DNA from: an uncultured Alphaproteobacteria bacterium
GTDB taxonomy: Bacteria > Pseudomonadota > Alphaproteobacteria > Rhizobiales > Xanthobacteraceae
Direction of reading: 5' to 3'
Assembly (NCBI GenBank): GCA_963780925.1
Contig: CAWAEV010000041.1
Coordinates: 15,212-79,211, forward strand
DNA length: 64,000 nucleotides
The position numbers were made by a program, and so were the translations under genes. Positions 1 through 10,004 of this stretch are shown one piece after another. Below the pieces are notes generated by a model, which was not told the DNA's origin, ran no database searches, and worked only from the letters and a program-made list of their open reading frames with translations. The stretch's first letter is position 1, and every line of letters starts with the position of its first letter.

Positions 1-69
1 GGCGAGCCAAGCCGGCTTCGGCAGACTGCCGGCGATCGTGGTGGGGAACAGCGGTTCGGTGGCTGGCAT
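1..69 (-). CDS. N-terminus of a MetE-family (cobalamin-independent) methionine synthase-like protein; partial, runs off the window
   Basis: Reverse-strand ATG at 67-69 gives MPATEPLFPTTIAGSLPKPAWLA. The TT(I/V)AGSLPKP(A/S)WL start is typical of this family. Only 23 aa are visible. Confidence 0.45.
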   Translation of the reverse strand, partial: MPATEPLFPTTIAGSLPKPAWLA

Positions 70-84
70 CGTGGTCCCGTCGTT

Positions 85-1293
85 TTATTTGCTCGACAAA
101 GCCGCAGGCGGCCGCCAATCGTAAAGCCAATCGTAATGCCGCAACAGCCGCTCGCCGCCCATCGCGCGCATCGCCGCATTGCGCAGCATAGCCGGCACGG
201 CGCCGAGGTGATAGCGCGCGCCGTTCTTCGCCGCGAGCCGCTGTACTTTGCGGGTGCGCGGGCGCCGCATTGCCGAATAGGATTTCAGCGCGCCTGCGGC
301 ATCGTCCGGCATGCGCGCGAGGCAGCGTGCCGCAACGACCGCATCTTCGATCGCCATGGCCGCGCCCTGCGCAAGGAACGGCACCATCGGGTGGGCCGCG
401 TCCCCGACGAGCGCCGCTGCGCCATAAGAGAAGCTCGACAACGGCCGGTAATCGTAGAGCGCCCATTTCAGCCAGGCTTCCGGCTCGCGAACCAGCGCGC
501 GCGCTTGCGGCGCCCAGCGCGCGGCCGGAAACCTGGGCAACAAATCGATCCGGCTCGCCGGCGCGCTCCAGCCCGGGGCGTTCCAGCTATCCGTCGTGAT
601 GACGACGACATTGATCACTGTGCCGGCTTTGACCGGATAATGCACCAGATGGGCGTCGCGGCCGAGCCAGAGATGGATCAACGGTTCGCGCAATTCCGGC
701 GGCACCTCGCTGGCCGGCACCAGCGCCCGCCACGCCGTGCGGCCGGCAAAGCGCGGCGGTTCCTTGAACCCGATCCGTGCGCGCGATTCCGACCACAGAC
801 CGTCGGCCGCAAGCAGCGCGTGGCCGTGCTCATGCCAGACGCCGCCCGAGCCGCTCGCCGATACGGTGACGCCGTGCGAATGCGTGGCGAAATCTTCCAC
901 GCGCATGCCGAGCTTGAGCGAGACGTCACGCTCTTGCGCGACAGCGGCGGCGAGCGCCGCCTGCAGATCGCCGCGATGGACGATCCAGTACGGCGCGCCG
1001 TAGCGCTCGCCCGCCCCGCCGAGCGGCATGCGCAGGATTTCCCGGCCGGTGCGTCCGACCAGTACGCGTAACGCGGTGGGCGCGATCACATGCGGCTGCA
1101 GGCGGTCGCCGACGCCGAGTTCGATCAAACAGCGTGTGGCATTGGGCGACAGCTGGATGCCGGCGCCGGTTTCGGAAAGTCGTTCGGCCTGTTCCAGCAC
1201 GGTGACGCGAAAGCCGTTCCGCGCCAGCGCCAGCGCAGTCGTGAGCCCGCCAATGCCGGCGCCCGCAACAATAACGCTGCGCGAGACCGTCAC
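85..1293 (-). CDS. FAD-dependent monooxygenase (salicylate hydroxylase/UbiH-like)
   Basis: 402 aa. N-terminal VIVAGAGIGGLTTALALARNG dinucleotide fold, and GDAAHPMVPFLAQGAAMAIEDA motif near the C-terminus. Confidence 0.9.
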   Translation of the reverse strand: MTVSRSVIVAGAGIGGLTTALALARNGFRVTVLEQAERLSETGAGIQLSPNATRCLIELGVGDRLQPHVIAPTALRVLVGRTGREILRMPLGGAGERYGAPYWIVHRGDLQAALAAAVAQERDVSLKLGMRVEDFATHSHGVTVSASGSGGVWHEHGHALLAADGLWSESRARIGFKEPPRFAGRTAWRALVPASEVPPELREPLIHLWLGRDAHLVHYPVKAGTVINVVVITTDSWNAPGWSAPASRIDLLPRFPAARWAPQARALVREPEAWLKWALYDYRPLSSFSYGAAALVGDAAHPMVPFLAQGAAMAIEDAVVAARCLARMPDDAAGALKSYSAMRRPRTRKVQRLAAKNGARYHLGAVPAMLRNAAMRAMGGERLLRHYDWLYDWRPPAALSSK

Positions 1294-1302
1294 GACAAAG
1301 GG

Positions 1303-1548
1303 TTAGACGGAAGCGTCATTCAAGGCGCATTCGGCCGGCCGCGCTTGGTTGGGTGCGAGCGTCGGATCGTGGCGGTAGAGCGTCGAGCAATACGGGCAAA
1401 TATATTCAGCATCGTCGCCCATGTCGCAATAGACGTGCGGATGGTCGAACGGCGGCTTGGCACCTTCGCACATGAATTCCCGGGCGCCGATCTCGATCAC
1501 CGCGACGCCAGGATCGTTGTGGAAATGCGGAACAATCGTATCCGACAT
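1303..1548 (-). CDS. Small zinc-finger (zf-CHCC-like) protein
   Basis: Only the last 81 aa of ORF 1303..2070 look real (MSDTIVPHFHND...CDMGDDAEYICPYCSTLYRHD). ATG at 1546-1548. The upstream part of the ORF is low-quality sequence. Confidence 0.75.
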   Translation of the reverse strand: MSDTIVPHFHNDPGVAVIEIGAREFMCEGAKPPFDHPHVYCDMGDDAEYICPYCSTLYRHDPTLAPNQARPAECALNDASV

Positions 1549-1635
1549 GCGCTGCCATCCGGTTATCGAACTCGGACGGCACCATAACGGGCTCACAGCG
1601 CGATTTCCAGCAAAGCGTCGCCATGGAGGTTTGTT

Positions 1636-2755
1636 GTGAAAAAGCCGCAAATTGCCGGCATATATTGCGGATTCGGTGAGGCTCCGCGCAGGCATAGGCA
1701 CGAAACGATGGGCGAGCGGCGATTCATCCGGGCGATGCGTCATCCGGCCTTTGCGCTTGTTTGCGCCGTCGTTTTCGCCCTTGTCGCGATCATGCTCGTT
1801 CGTGGCGGCGTTGCAGCGCGAGACCGGCTCGCGGTGGCCGACGATCCGGTCAGAATCAGCGATCAGGCGCTCGACCGCACGTTTAACAGGGACGTGGCGG
1901 AACGCGAAATCAACGCAGCGCTCGCGTCCGGAGACGTCGATCTCGCGCAAAGCTTTGTCGCGCTTGCCGCCGATCGCGGCCTTGCTGTCGATCCGGCTCT
2001 GGCCGCGAAGGTGAAGAACGCCAGCGCGCAACATTCCTCCGTCGCCGATACGGCCGGCCGATTTGTCCATGGCTTATGGACCGGCGAGCCAACGGATCTG
2101 GCGAGCCTCGCCGGCACCGCCTTTGGCGATCTCTTCGTCTTCGGCGACATTCGCGATGCCGCGCGCGAGGGCACGCACTATCTCATGGGCGAGCACTACG
2201 ATCCGTGGATTTTAGGCCTCGCCGGCGTCGGCATCGCGATTACGGCTGCGACCTACGCCACGGTCGGCGTGACCGCGCCGGAGCGCGTCGGTCTTTCGCT
2301 GGTCAAGGCGGCGCGCCGGAGCGGAAAGCTCAATCCGGTTCTGGCCGTTCGCGCCGCGCGCGAGGCGGTGAAAGTCGAGGCGGCCGGCGGCCTCATCGAA
2401 CTTGCGGAAAATACCGGACGCGTCGAGGCCAAGGCCGGCACACAGGCGGCGATCGACAGCCTCGCAGTTGCCGAAGAGCCGCAAGACATGTCGCGGCTGG
2501 CGCGGCTTTCCGCCGCCAAGGGGGGCAAGACCCGGGCGATCATAAAGCTCCTCGGCCGCGCCGCCATCGTGCTCACGGCGAGTGACGTTCGATCTTGCGC
2601 TTTGGCTGATCTGGGCCGCGTTCGCGCTCGTCGGCTTCTGCGCCTCGTGCAAGACCGCGGTCGAGCGCATGACGCAGCGCGTCTTGCTTCGCAACAGGGC
2701 GCGTCGCCTGCGCGAAGCGGAATTGCGGGTGCTGGCCATTCGGGCACGGCCGTGA
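1636..2755 (+). pseudogene. Conserved hypothetical membrane protein whose reading frame switches near 2580
   Basis: Frame 1 looks coding up to about 2580. After that, frame 2 (GTG 2582 to TGA 2753-2755) has strong GC3 bias and encodes a TM helix plus basic tail (LALWLIWAAFALVGFCASCKTAVERM...). The frame-1 tail to 2895 is junk and overlaps the next gene. Confidence 0.55.
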
Positions 2756-2768
2756 TTATGGTCCGGCC

Positions 2769-3527
2769 ATGCCAAGTTTTTCCCACGATGGCGTCGAGAT
2801 TGCCTTTCTCGATGAAGGCGAGGGCGAGCCGATCGTGCTGGTGCACGGTTTTGCCTCCAATAAGGAAATTAATTGGGTCGGTCCAGGCTGGGTGAGCACG
2901 CTGACGCGCGCTGGCCGCCGCGTCATCGCGCTCGACAATCGCGGCCATGGCGCTTCGGCCAAGCTCTACGATCCAGCCGCCTATCACAGCGCGATCATGG
3001 CCGAGGATGTGCGGGCGCTGATCGACCATCTCGGCCTGCCGCGTGCCGACGTCATGGGCTATTCCATGGGCGCGCGCATCACCGCTTTCCTGGCGCTGTC
3101 GCATCCGGATCGCGCGCGGTCGGCCGTGCTCGGCGGGCTGGGCATCCGCCTGGTCGAGGGCGTCGGGCTGCCGGACACGATCGCCAACGCACTCGAAGCG
3201 CCGGCGCTCGCCGACGTGTCCGATCCGACCGCCTACATGTTCCGCGCTTTCGCCGAGCAGACTAAATCCGATTTGCGGGCGCTGGCGGCTTGCTTGCGTG
3301 GCTCGCGTCAGACGCTCAGCCGCGAAGAAGTCGCCCACATTACGGTGCCGGTTTTGGTGGCGGTCGGCGGGGAAGATCCGATCGCCGGCTCGCCGCAAGA
3401 ACTCGCAGCCCTCATCCCGGGCGCGCAGGCCCTGACCATTCCCGGCCGCGATCATATGCTGGCGGTCGGCGACCGGGTCTTTAAGTCCGCGGTGCTGGAA
3501 TTCCTGTCGAATCGGCCAGAGAACTAG
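2769..3527 (+). CDS. Alpha/beta hydrolase
   Basis: 252 aa. PIVLVHGF, nucleophile elbow GYSMGA, C-terminal PGRDHM. Confidence 0.9.
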   Translation: MPSFSHDGVEIAFLDEGEGEPIVLVHGFASNKEINWVGPGWVSTLTRAGRRVIALDNRGHGASAKLYDPAAYHSAIMAEDVRALIDHLGLPRADVMGYSMGARITAFLALSHPDRARSAVLGGLGIRLVEGVGLPDTIANALEAPALADVSDPTAYMFRAFAEQTKSDLRALAACLRGSRQTLSREEVAHITVPVLVAVGGEDPIAGSPQELAALIPGAQALTIPGRDHMLAVGDRVFKSAVLEFLSNRPEN

Positions 3528-3640
3528 TCCATTGGCCTGATTTCGCTCGGCTTTTGGCCGAAAAACCCTGCCCCTTGGTTTTGGCCTATCTGCCGCCCAA
3601 TATGATAGAAGGTCAGCCGCTTTTTCCGGGAGACACATCG

Positions 3641-4455
3641 ATGGCGCAGTATCAGGCGAAACCGGCACTCGATAAGGTCGATCCAGTCTGGGCGCGCATC
3701 CGCCGCGAGGCTGAAGAAATCGTGCGGCGCGAGCCTGAGCTCACGACCTTCATCTATTCGACCGTCCTGCATAACGACACCTTGGAAGCCGCGGTCGTGC
3801 ACCGGCTGGCCGCTCGGCTCGATCACTCCGCCTATCGGCTGAGTTGATCCGCCAGGCCTACGCCGACGCGATCGAAGACGTGCCCGCGATCGGCGAAGCA
3901 TTTCGCGCCGACATCATGGCAACCATGGACCGCGATCCGGCGACGCATCGCCTGATCGAGCCGGTGCTCTACTTCAAGGGCTTTCATGCGATCCAGACTT
4001 ATCGGCTTGCGCACTGGCTATGGCAGAAGGACCGCCGCGATTTCGCGCTCTACCTGCAAAGCCGCTCGTCGGCGGTGTTCCAGTGCGACATCCATCCGGC
4101 GGCGCGGATCGGCCGCGGCATCTTCCTCGATCATGCCACCGGTCTCGTGGTCGGCGAGACCGCTGTGATCGAAGACGACGTCTCGCTGCTCCATGACGTG
4201 ACGCTGGGCGGCACCGGCAAGGAGCACGAAGATCGGCATCCGAAAATCCGCTACGGCGTGATGATCGGAGCAGGCGCCAAAATCCTCGGCAATATCGAAG
4301 TCGGGCATTGCGCGCGCATCGCCGCCGGCTCCGTGGTCGTCAAGGCGGTGCCGAACAATGTGACCGTCGCCGGCGTGCCGGCGAAAGTGATCGGCGTTGC
4401 CGGCTGCCCGGAACCGGCGCGCACCATGGATCAGATGTTTCAGGACGGAATTTGA
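3641..4455 (+). pseudogene. cysE: Serine O-acetyltransferase, split by a frameshift at about 3827-3846
   Basis: The SATase N-domain (MAQYQAKPALDKVDPVWARIRREAEEIV...HRLAARLDHSA) is in frame 2 and ends at TGA 3845-3847. The rest (LIRQAYADAIED...DRDPAT...hexapeptide repeats...GVPAKVIG) is in frame 1 from 3844. Confidence 0.8.
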
Positions 4456-4493
4456 GCTATCTAGTTTCCGAATTCCGGTCGAGGAGAGTAGCG

Positions 4494-4907
4494 GTGGACG
4501 TTCAGGCAGTCAGGAAGCTCGACGCCTATTTAAAGAAGCTGTTCGGCAATGCGCGCCTTCGGGTAGTGCCGCAGCCGACGAAAGCGGATTCGGCCGAGGT
4601 TTATATCGGCGAAGAGCGGTTGGGCGATCTCAACCTCGACGACGAAGACGACGATCTCTCCTATAATTTTCGCATGGAAATAGATTTGGGTGAAGTCGCC
4701 GACATCGATCGGATCAAGCGCTTGGATGCCTATCTCAAGCGAAAATTCGACAATACGGCCATCCGCGTCGTGCCTCGCGCGAAGAAACGCGACTCGCTCG
4801 AAATCTACGTGGGCGAAGAATTCATCGGCGTTTTATTCGTCGACGATGAAAAGCGGCCCGGGGCTTATATTCTTGAAATGCCAATTCTGGATATGGATTT
4901 GGCCTGA
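4494..4907 (+). CDS. Tandem-duplicated DUF3126-like protein
   Basis: GTG 4494 preceded by GAGGAGAG. There are two about 68-aa modules (VRKLDAYLKKLFGNARLRVVP...AEVYIGEE and IKRLDAYLKRKFDNTAIRVVP...LEIYVGEEFIGVLFVDDE). Confidence 0.7.
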   Translation: MDVQAVRKLDAYLKKLFGNARLRVVPQPTKADSAEVYIGEERLGDLNLDDEDDDLSYNFRMEIDLGEVADIDRIKRLDAYLKRKFDNTAIRVVPRAKKRDSLEIYVGEEFIGVLFVDDEKRPGAYILEMPILDMDLA

Positions 4908-4954
4908 ACGGCCTTTGATTGCAGAACTGTTGCCCCGCTGCCGCAGCCCTGTCG

Positions 4955-5698
4955 TCAATTTCGCTGCGGATGCAATTGGGCGATCAGCCGGTCGAATCCG
5001 GCAGCGATCGTGCGCCAATCGCCAAACCAATCGCGGGGAAATCGGAACGTCACCTCGGCATCATTCAGCATTCGTTGGTGAACGCAGGTCCCCGGCACGA
5101 TCCGGCCCGGGCGCGTGCACAAAGCAAAGAATTGCTCGGGGCTGGTGCCGAAATAGATCAGGTCTTCGCCGTCATAGGGCGTGCCGGAGCGAAACGGCAG
5201 GATTGCCAGGCCGTCGGGGCCGGCGTTCGCTTTCGTTTCGGCATAGCGCGGATAGATGGTGCGCAGCCGATCGAGCGGCGGCAGTTCGCTGCCGAGCCCG
5301 GCAATCATTACGAACAGCCGGCGGTTCTCCGGTTCGGCAGCCGCCGCGGCGGCGTTCTCCGCATTCAGCGCAGTCTTTTTCGCTGACCTGTCGTCTGCGG
5401 GCGGCGGCGTCAGCGACGGCCATTCGAAGGTGAGATCGATACGGTCCTGTTGGCCGGGATGGCGCTGCACCGCTTCGCGGATTGCCGCCGGCGGCACGTC
5501 GAACAGCACGCCGGCCACAGTGATCGGAATGGCGGGCGCGTCGAGCGGCGTCGGCTGGCTCGGCCAGGTCGGCCACAGCGCATAGGAGACGAAGGCCGCC
5601 GCTCCAGCCGCCAAAACGGCGAAAATGACAAAGGGCAGCGTCAGCAGGCCGCGCGTCCGGTGGCGTGTCTTAGGTCGGGAAACAGCCTGCGCCGTCAT
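4955..5698 (-). CDS. Hypothetical membrane-anchored protein
   Basis: ATG at 5696-5698 (MTAQAVSRPKTRH...), followed by one TM helix (LLTLPFVIFAVLAAGAAAFVSYALW). The longer ORF to 5965 overlaps the next gene. Confidence 0.6.
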   Translation of the reverse strand: MTAQAVSRPKTRHRTRGLLTLPFVIFAVLAAGAAAFVSYALWPTWPSQPTPLDAPAIPITVAGVLFDVPPAAIREAVQRHPGQQDRIDLTFEWPSLTPPPADDRSAKKTALNAENAAAAAAEPENRRLFVMIAGLGSELPPLDRLRTIYPRYAETKANAGPDGLAILPFRSGTPYDGEDLIYFGTSPEQFFALCTRPGRIVPGTCVHQRMLNDAEVTFRFPRDWFGDWRTIAAGFDRLIAQLHPQRN

Positions 5699-5795
5699 CG
5701 ATATCGGTCGGTTTGCGCGAATCAACCTCAGTATCGCACGCCTCGCTGCCGCAAAGAGGGCAGGGGCCGGCCGGCGAGACGAAGCTGCTTCGGAA

Positions 5796-6374
5796 CTATG
5801 GCTTGGCTGGCGCCGGCTGCGCTGCGCCCGATTGCGACGGCGCCGTCGGCTTGAGCGACGCCTCGATCTGCGCGGCGAGAACGCCCGCGATTTTGGCATG
5901 CGCCGCGGCGTTAAAGTGGATGTGGTCCCACTGGTAAAAATCCGCCGGCACCGGATCCGGATCATAGACGATGACGCGAATGCCGCGGGCGCGCACGCGC
6001 TTCGCCATGGCCGCGATATTGGCGGCGCGCGCCGCCTTGGTGCCGAAGAAACGCAGATCGTTGCCGCCCGGCTGCAAGATCACGATGTCGGTGCCTTTGG
6101 GTACGGCGGCATCGATCCGCCGCAGCATGCCGGCGGTGACATCGCCGTTGACGCCGGCATTGGTGACATTGGCCGCAATGCCCCTCTTGCGTAACAGCGT
6201 CTGCAAGACCGCGGGGTAGGCGTTTTGCTCGCCGACGCCGAAGCCGGTCGTGTTGCTGGCGCCGATCGCCACGATGTTGAGCGGCCGCGCTTGCAGCGGT
6301 GACGCCAGCGCGAGAGCGATAAGCGCCGCTGCCAGGGCCATCGTGCGCAGGATGAGATTCATGCGGATAACCAT
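5796..6374 (-). CDS. Secreted SGNH/GDSL hydrolase
   Basis: Signal peptide, an IVAIGASNTTG block (GDS-like), GGND, and DHIHFN near the C-terminus. An alternative start exists at 6362. Confidence 0.8.
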   Translation of the reverse strand: MVIRMNLILRTMALAAALIALALASPLQARPLNIVAIGASNTTGFGVGEQNAYPAVLQTLLRKRGIAANVTNAGVNGDVTAGMLRRIDAAVPKGTDIVILQPGGNDLRFFGTKAARAANIAAMAKRVRARGIRVIVYDPDPVPADFYQWDHIHFNAAAHAKIAGVLAAQIEASLKPTAPSQSGAAQPAPAKP

Positions 6375-6449
6375 TTGGCCGACAAGTCTGAAATTGATGG
6401 CGTTAACCTTTCTTTAATCATTTCGTAGCGGGGCGCCGCATCCTCTGCA

Positions 6450-6815
6450 ATGGCTTCGCGGAAAAGAGCGCCGGGACTAGCCATGCTGCCGTCGATTTCG
6501 CCACAGACGATTGAGTCCTTTTTCTCGCTTGCCATGGGCTTTGCGGTCGCCGGCCTCTGCGCCAGCGGCTATTCGCTGTTCAGCCGGCATTTGCCGAGCT
6601 TCCGGCTCCTGGAAGTGGGACCGGTGCCGGCACGCTTTGCCGCCATCCCGCTCCTGATGTTCTCCGCGCCTTACATCATCATGCGCAACACCATCCGCGG
6701 CCGCCGCATCGAAGGTCGCCGCGCCGAGATCGTCATGCTGGCTACCGTGATCGCTGGCCTGTGGAGCCTGATGTCCGGAACCGTCGTCGTGCTCGCGCTT
6801 CAAGCGCTGTTTTAA
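6450..6815 (+). CDS. Small integral membrane protein
   Basis: 121 aa with 3 hydrophobic segments. No recognisable family. Confidence 0.55.
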   Translation: MASRKRAPGLAMLPSISPQTIESFFSLAMGFAVAGLCASGYSLFSRHLPSFRLLEVGPVPARFAAIPLLMFSAPYIIMRNTIRGRRIEGRRAEIVMLATVIAGLWSLMSGTVVVLALQALF

Positions 6816-6945
6816 TTCGTCATTGCCGGACTTGATCCGGCAATCCATGCTGCCGTGCCGCTCCTCAAGTCGGCGCGGCTTGCGAGAAAGCCCTCGATCA
6901 CCGAAGCTCAGCATGGATGCGCGGGTCAAGCCCGCGCATGACGAA
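6816..6945. repeat. Nested palindromic MITE/REP-like element
   Basis: Outer arms TTCGTCAT/ATGACGAA. Inner hairpins are TTGCCGGActtgaTCCGGCAA, CCATGCTG/CAGCATGG and ATGCGCGGGtcaagCCCGCGCAT. Confidence 0.6.
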
Positions 6946-6955
6946 CGAGAAAAAC

Positions 6956-7483
6956 ATGATCTACGAACTCGACGGCCACCGGCCGGATCTGCCGGAGGAG
7001 GGCCGCTATTGGATCGCGCCGACCGCGACGGTGATCGGCAAAGTGCGGCTGAAGCTCGACGCCAGCGTCTGGTTCGGTGCGGTGCTGCGCGGCGACAATG
7101 AATGGATCGAGCTTGGCGAACGCTCGCAGATTCAGGACAACGCGACGCTGCACACCGATCCGGGATTCCCGATGACCATCGGGCCGAATTGCGTGATCGG
7201 CCACAATGTCATCCTCCACGGCTGCACCGTCGGCGCCAACAGCTTGATCGGGATGGGCGCGATCGTGCTCAACGGCGCCAAGATCGGCGACAACTGCCTG
7301 GTCGGCGCCGGTGCGCTCATCACCGAGGGCAAGACCTTTCCCGACAAATCGCTGATCGTCGGCGCGCCGGCCCGCGCCATCCGCACCCTCGACGAGGCAG
7401 CCATCAAAATGATCGCCGGCGGCGCCGATATTTACGTAAAGCGCTTTAAGCAATATGCGAAGGGGCTAAAACCGGTCGCGTAA
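6956..7483 (+). CDS. Gamma-carbonic-anhydrase-like / hexapeptide-repeat protein
   Basis: MIYELDGHRPDLP...WFGAVLRGDN...IGHNVILHGC, a left-handed beta-helix family. Confidence 0.9.
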   Translation: MIYELDGHRPDLPEEGRYWIAPTATVIGKVRLKLDASVWFGAVLRGDNEWIELGERSQIQDNATLHTDPGFPMTIGPNCVIGHNVILHGCTVGANSLIGMGAIVLNGAKIGDNCLVGAGALITEGKTFPDKSLIVGAPARAIRTLDEAAIKMIAGGADIYVKRFKQYAKGLKPVA

Positions 7484-7515
7484 CCTTCTTCCTACGCCGC
7501 CGCCGTGAGCGGTCC

Positions 7516-8709
7516 ATGCCCCAAATTCGTATTGCCATCATCGGCGGCGGCCTGGCCGGTTTGGCGACTGCCGCCGCGCTCTCCCGCCTCGGCCTCCAGG
7601 TGGAGGTCTTCGAGCAGTCGCTGCAGCTCGGCGAGATTGGCGCCGGCATCAACGTCAGTCCGCAAGCCATCAAAGCACTGCGCGCGATCGGGCTTGGCGA
7701 GCGGATCGCGACCGTCGCCAACATCGCGCCCGGCGTGCTCACCCGCAACATGAATTCCGGCGCGCCGCTCAACTATCGCGACCAGACGGCGGCTGCGACC
7801 CGCTTTGGCGCCGGCATTCACTCCTTCCATCGCGCCGATCTTCTGCAGGTCTTGGCGAGCGGCGTCGATCCCGAAAGAATTCATCTCGATCATCAACTGA
7901 TCGGTCTTGAGGAACGATCGGCGAGCATCGGGCTCATTTTCGCCAACGGCGCGATGCGCGAGGCCGACCTTGTGATCGGCGCCGACGGCATTCATTCGTT
8001 GGTCCGCCGTGCGCTCTATGGTGACGACCACCCGACCTATACCGGCCAAATGGTGTGGCGCGCGCTCCTTCCCGGCAGCGACGTTCCTGCCGAGGTGCTC
8101 GCGCCGTCGGGGCACGTGCAATGGCTCGCACCGGGCCGCCACTTCTTCGCCTATTATCTGCGCGGCCGCGACGTGGTGAACATTGTCACTCAGGAAGACA
8201 CCGATGCCTGGGTCGAGGAAGGCTGGTCCATTCCCGGCAATCCCGACGACATGCGCGCCAGCTTCCCGAATCCCGAGCCGCTGCTCGAAACGCTGTTGAG
8301 CCGCGTCACGCAATGCTCGAAATGGGGACTGTTCACGCGTGCCCTGACCGACAATTGGGGACGTGGCCGCGTTGCGCTCATCGGCGACGCGGCGCATGCG
8401 ATGCTGCCCAATGCCGGCCAGGGCGCCAGTCAATCGTTCGAAGATGCTTATATTCTGGCGCGCTGGCTTGCGGCCGAACCCGGCGATCCGGCCGCAGCGT
8501 TGCGGAGTTTTCGCCGTGTCCGCATTCCGCGCGTGCACGGCGTCCAGCTTCGCTCCGCGGCGATCGTTCGGGCCAAACACAACTACGATCTGAAATCGGA
8601 AAAGGCCGAGCCCGCGAAGGTCGACGCGGTCGATTCGATGGCGTGGATCTGGGGCTACGACGTCGCTGCGGAGTGGAACAAGCCGCCGACGGTGCCGGCC
8701 TTCGACTAA
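7516..8709 (+). CDS. FAD-dependent monooxygenase (salicylate hydroxylase-like)
   Basis: IAIIGGGLAGLATAAAL, GADGIHS, GDAAHAMLPNAGQGASQSFEDA. Confidence 0.9.
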   Translation: MPQIRIAIIGGGLAGLATAAALSRLGLQVEVFEQSLQLGEIGAGINVSPQAIKALRAIGLGERIATVANIAPGVLTRNMNSGAPLNYRDQTAAATRFGAGIHSFHRADLLQVLASGVDPERIHLDHQLIGLEERSASIGLIFANGAMREADLVIGADGIHSLVRRALYGDDHPTYTGQMVWRALLPGSDVPAEVLAPSGHVQWLAPGRHFFAYYLRGRDVVNIVTQEDTDAWVEEGWSIPGNPDDMRASFPNPEPLLETLLSRVTQCSKWGLFTRALTDNWGRGRVALIGDAAHAMLPNAGQGASQSFEDAYILARWLAAEPGDPAAALRSFRRVRIPRVHGVQLRSAAIVRAKHNYDLKSEKAEPAKVDAVDSMAWIWGYDVAAEWNKPPTVPAFD

Positions 8710-9083
8710 AGTTCGATCAGAATGATCGCCGGCAGCGCCGAGATTGATGTCCGGTGTCGGTCCGCGAACGGGCCGAAGCTGATCGCGTGAAAGATGCGGC
8801 CGCCGCGCAACCTATCGGAATCAAAGCTGAATTATTATTTCGCAATGTCTATTGTGCGATGTGCCTAGGGTGCCCACGTCATTTAGGTCGGCGCGCCAAA
8901 GCGGCGACGTACCGAAGTCCCGCTACTTTCGCTCGGTAGTCCTAATGCCATCGGTAGGCACGATCTCAAACTAGGCTTTGATCTCGGTCGCAGATGCCCG
9001 CCGGGCCCTGCGCTTTTCTTGCTGTGGACACTTCGCGCGCAAGCACCTTGGATTCGCAACTTGCAACAAAGGGATACGCAAAC

Positions 9084-9935
9084 ATGTCCATGATCACGAC
9101 CAAAGACGGCACGCAGATTTATTACAAGGACTGGGGCAAAGGTCAGCCCATCGTGTTCAGCCATGGCTGGCCGCTGTCGGCCGATGACTGGGACAATCAA
9201 ATGCTGTTCTTCCTCAATCGCAGTTACCGCGTCATCGCCCATGACCGCCGTGGCCACGGCCGCTCCAGCCAGACCGGCGACGGCCATGACATGGATCACT
9301 ATGCCGACGATCTTGCAGCGCTGACCGCGCATCTCGATTTGAAGAACGCCATTCACGTCGGCCATTCCACCGGCGGCGGCGAGGTAACGCACTATCTGGG
9401 GCGGCACGGCGAAAGCCGGGTGGCGATGGCTGCTTTGATCAGCGCGGTGCCGCCACTGATGGTGAAGACCGCGGCCAATCCAAACGGGCTTCCCAAAGAA
9501 GTATTCGATGGCTTGCAAGCCCAGCTCGCGGCCAATCGCTCGCAATTCTATCGCGCGCTGCCGGAGGGCCCGTTCTACGGTTACAACCGGCCGGGCGCAA
9601 AACCTTCGGAGGCCATCATCGCCAACTGGTGGCGGCAGGGCATGATGGGCGGCGCCAAGGCGCATTACGATGGCATCGTCGCCTTCTCGCAGACCGACTT
9701 CACCGAAGACCTCAAGAAGATCACCGTGCCAGTGCTGGTGATGCATAGCGAAGACGATCAGATCGTTCCCTATGTCGCCGCCGGACCATTGTCGGCAAAG
9801 CTTTTGAAGAACGGGACGCTGAAGACCTACAAGGACTTCCCGCACGGCATGCCGACCACGCAAGCGGAGACGATCAACGCCGACCTTCTGTCGTTCATTC
9901 GAGCGAAGTCGAGCAAATCGGCAGTCGCCGCCTAA
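9084..9935 (+). CDS. Alpha/beta hydrolase (non-heme haloperoxidase/arylesterase type)
   Basis: [36 protein letters not shown]...GHSTGGGE...: classic family signature. ATG at 9084. Confidence 0.9.
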   Translation: MSMITTKDGTQIYYKDWGKGQPIVFSHGWPLSADDWDNQMLFFLNRSYRVIAHDRRGHGRSSQTGDGHDMDHYADDLAALTAHLDLKNAIHVGHSTGGGEVTHYLGRHGESRVAMAALISAVPPLMVKTAANPNGLPKEVFDGLQAQLAANRSQFYRALPEGPFYGYNRPGAKPSEAIIANWWRQGMMGGAKAHYDGIVAFSQTDFTEDLKKITVPVLVMHSEDDQIVPYVAAGPLSAKLLKNGTLKTYKDFPHGMPTTQAETINADLLSFIRAKSSKSAVAA

Positions 9936-10004
9936 GGTTTATGGTGGCGGTCTAGGCGGCCCGATCAATGGGCGGTTCACTACGCCCTGCGTCTTCTCAA
10001 CTTA

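Noticed and set aside
136-1071. A 311-aa plus-strand ORF antisense to the FAD monooxygenase gene. Similar long antisense or shifted ORFs occur at 2253-3668, 7492-8580, 25895-26899, 35681-36652, 36758-37675, 38763-39869, 47292-48482, 48828-49697, 51082-52110, 58959-59870 and 62562-63740.
   Set aside because: These are Arg/Ala/Pro/Gly-rich, low-complexity translations typical of shadow ORFs in high-G+C DNA. Each overlaps a gene with clear family motifs on the other strand or in another frame.
1549-2070. The N-terminal 174 codons of ORF 1303-2070.
   Set aside because: The sequence is junk-like and overlaps the divergent gene that starts at 1636. A clean ATG at 1546-1548 begins the conserved zinc-finger protein.
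4308-4493. A 5' extension of the DUF3126 ORF that overlaps the end of cysE.
   Set aside because: The translation is Arg-rich junk. A GTG at 4494 with a GAGGAG RBS starts exactly at the first DUF3126 module.
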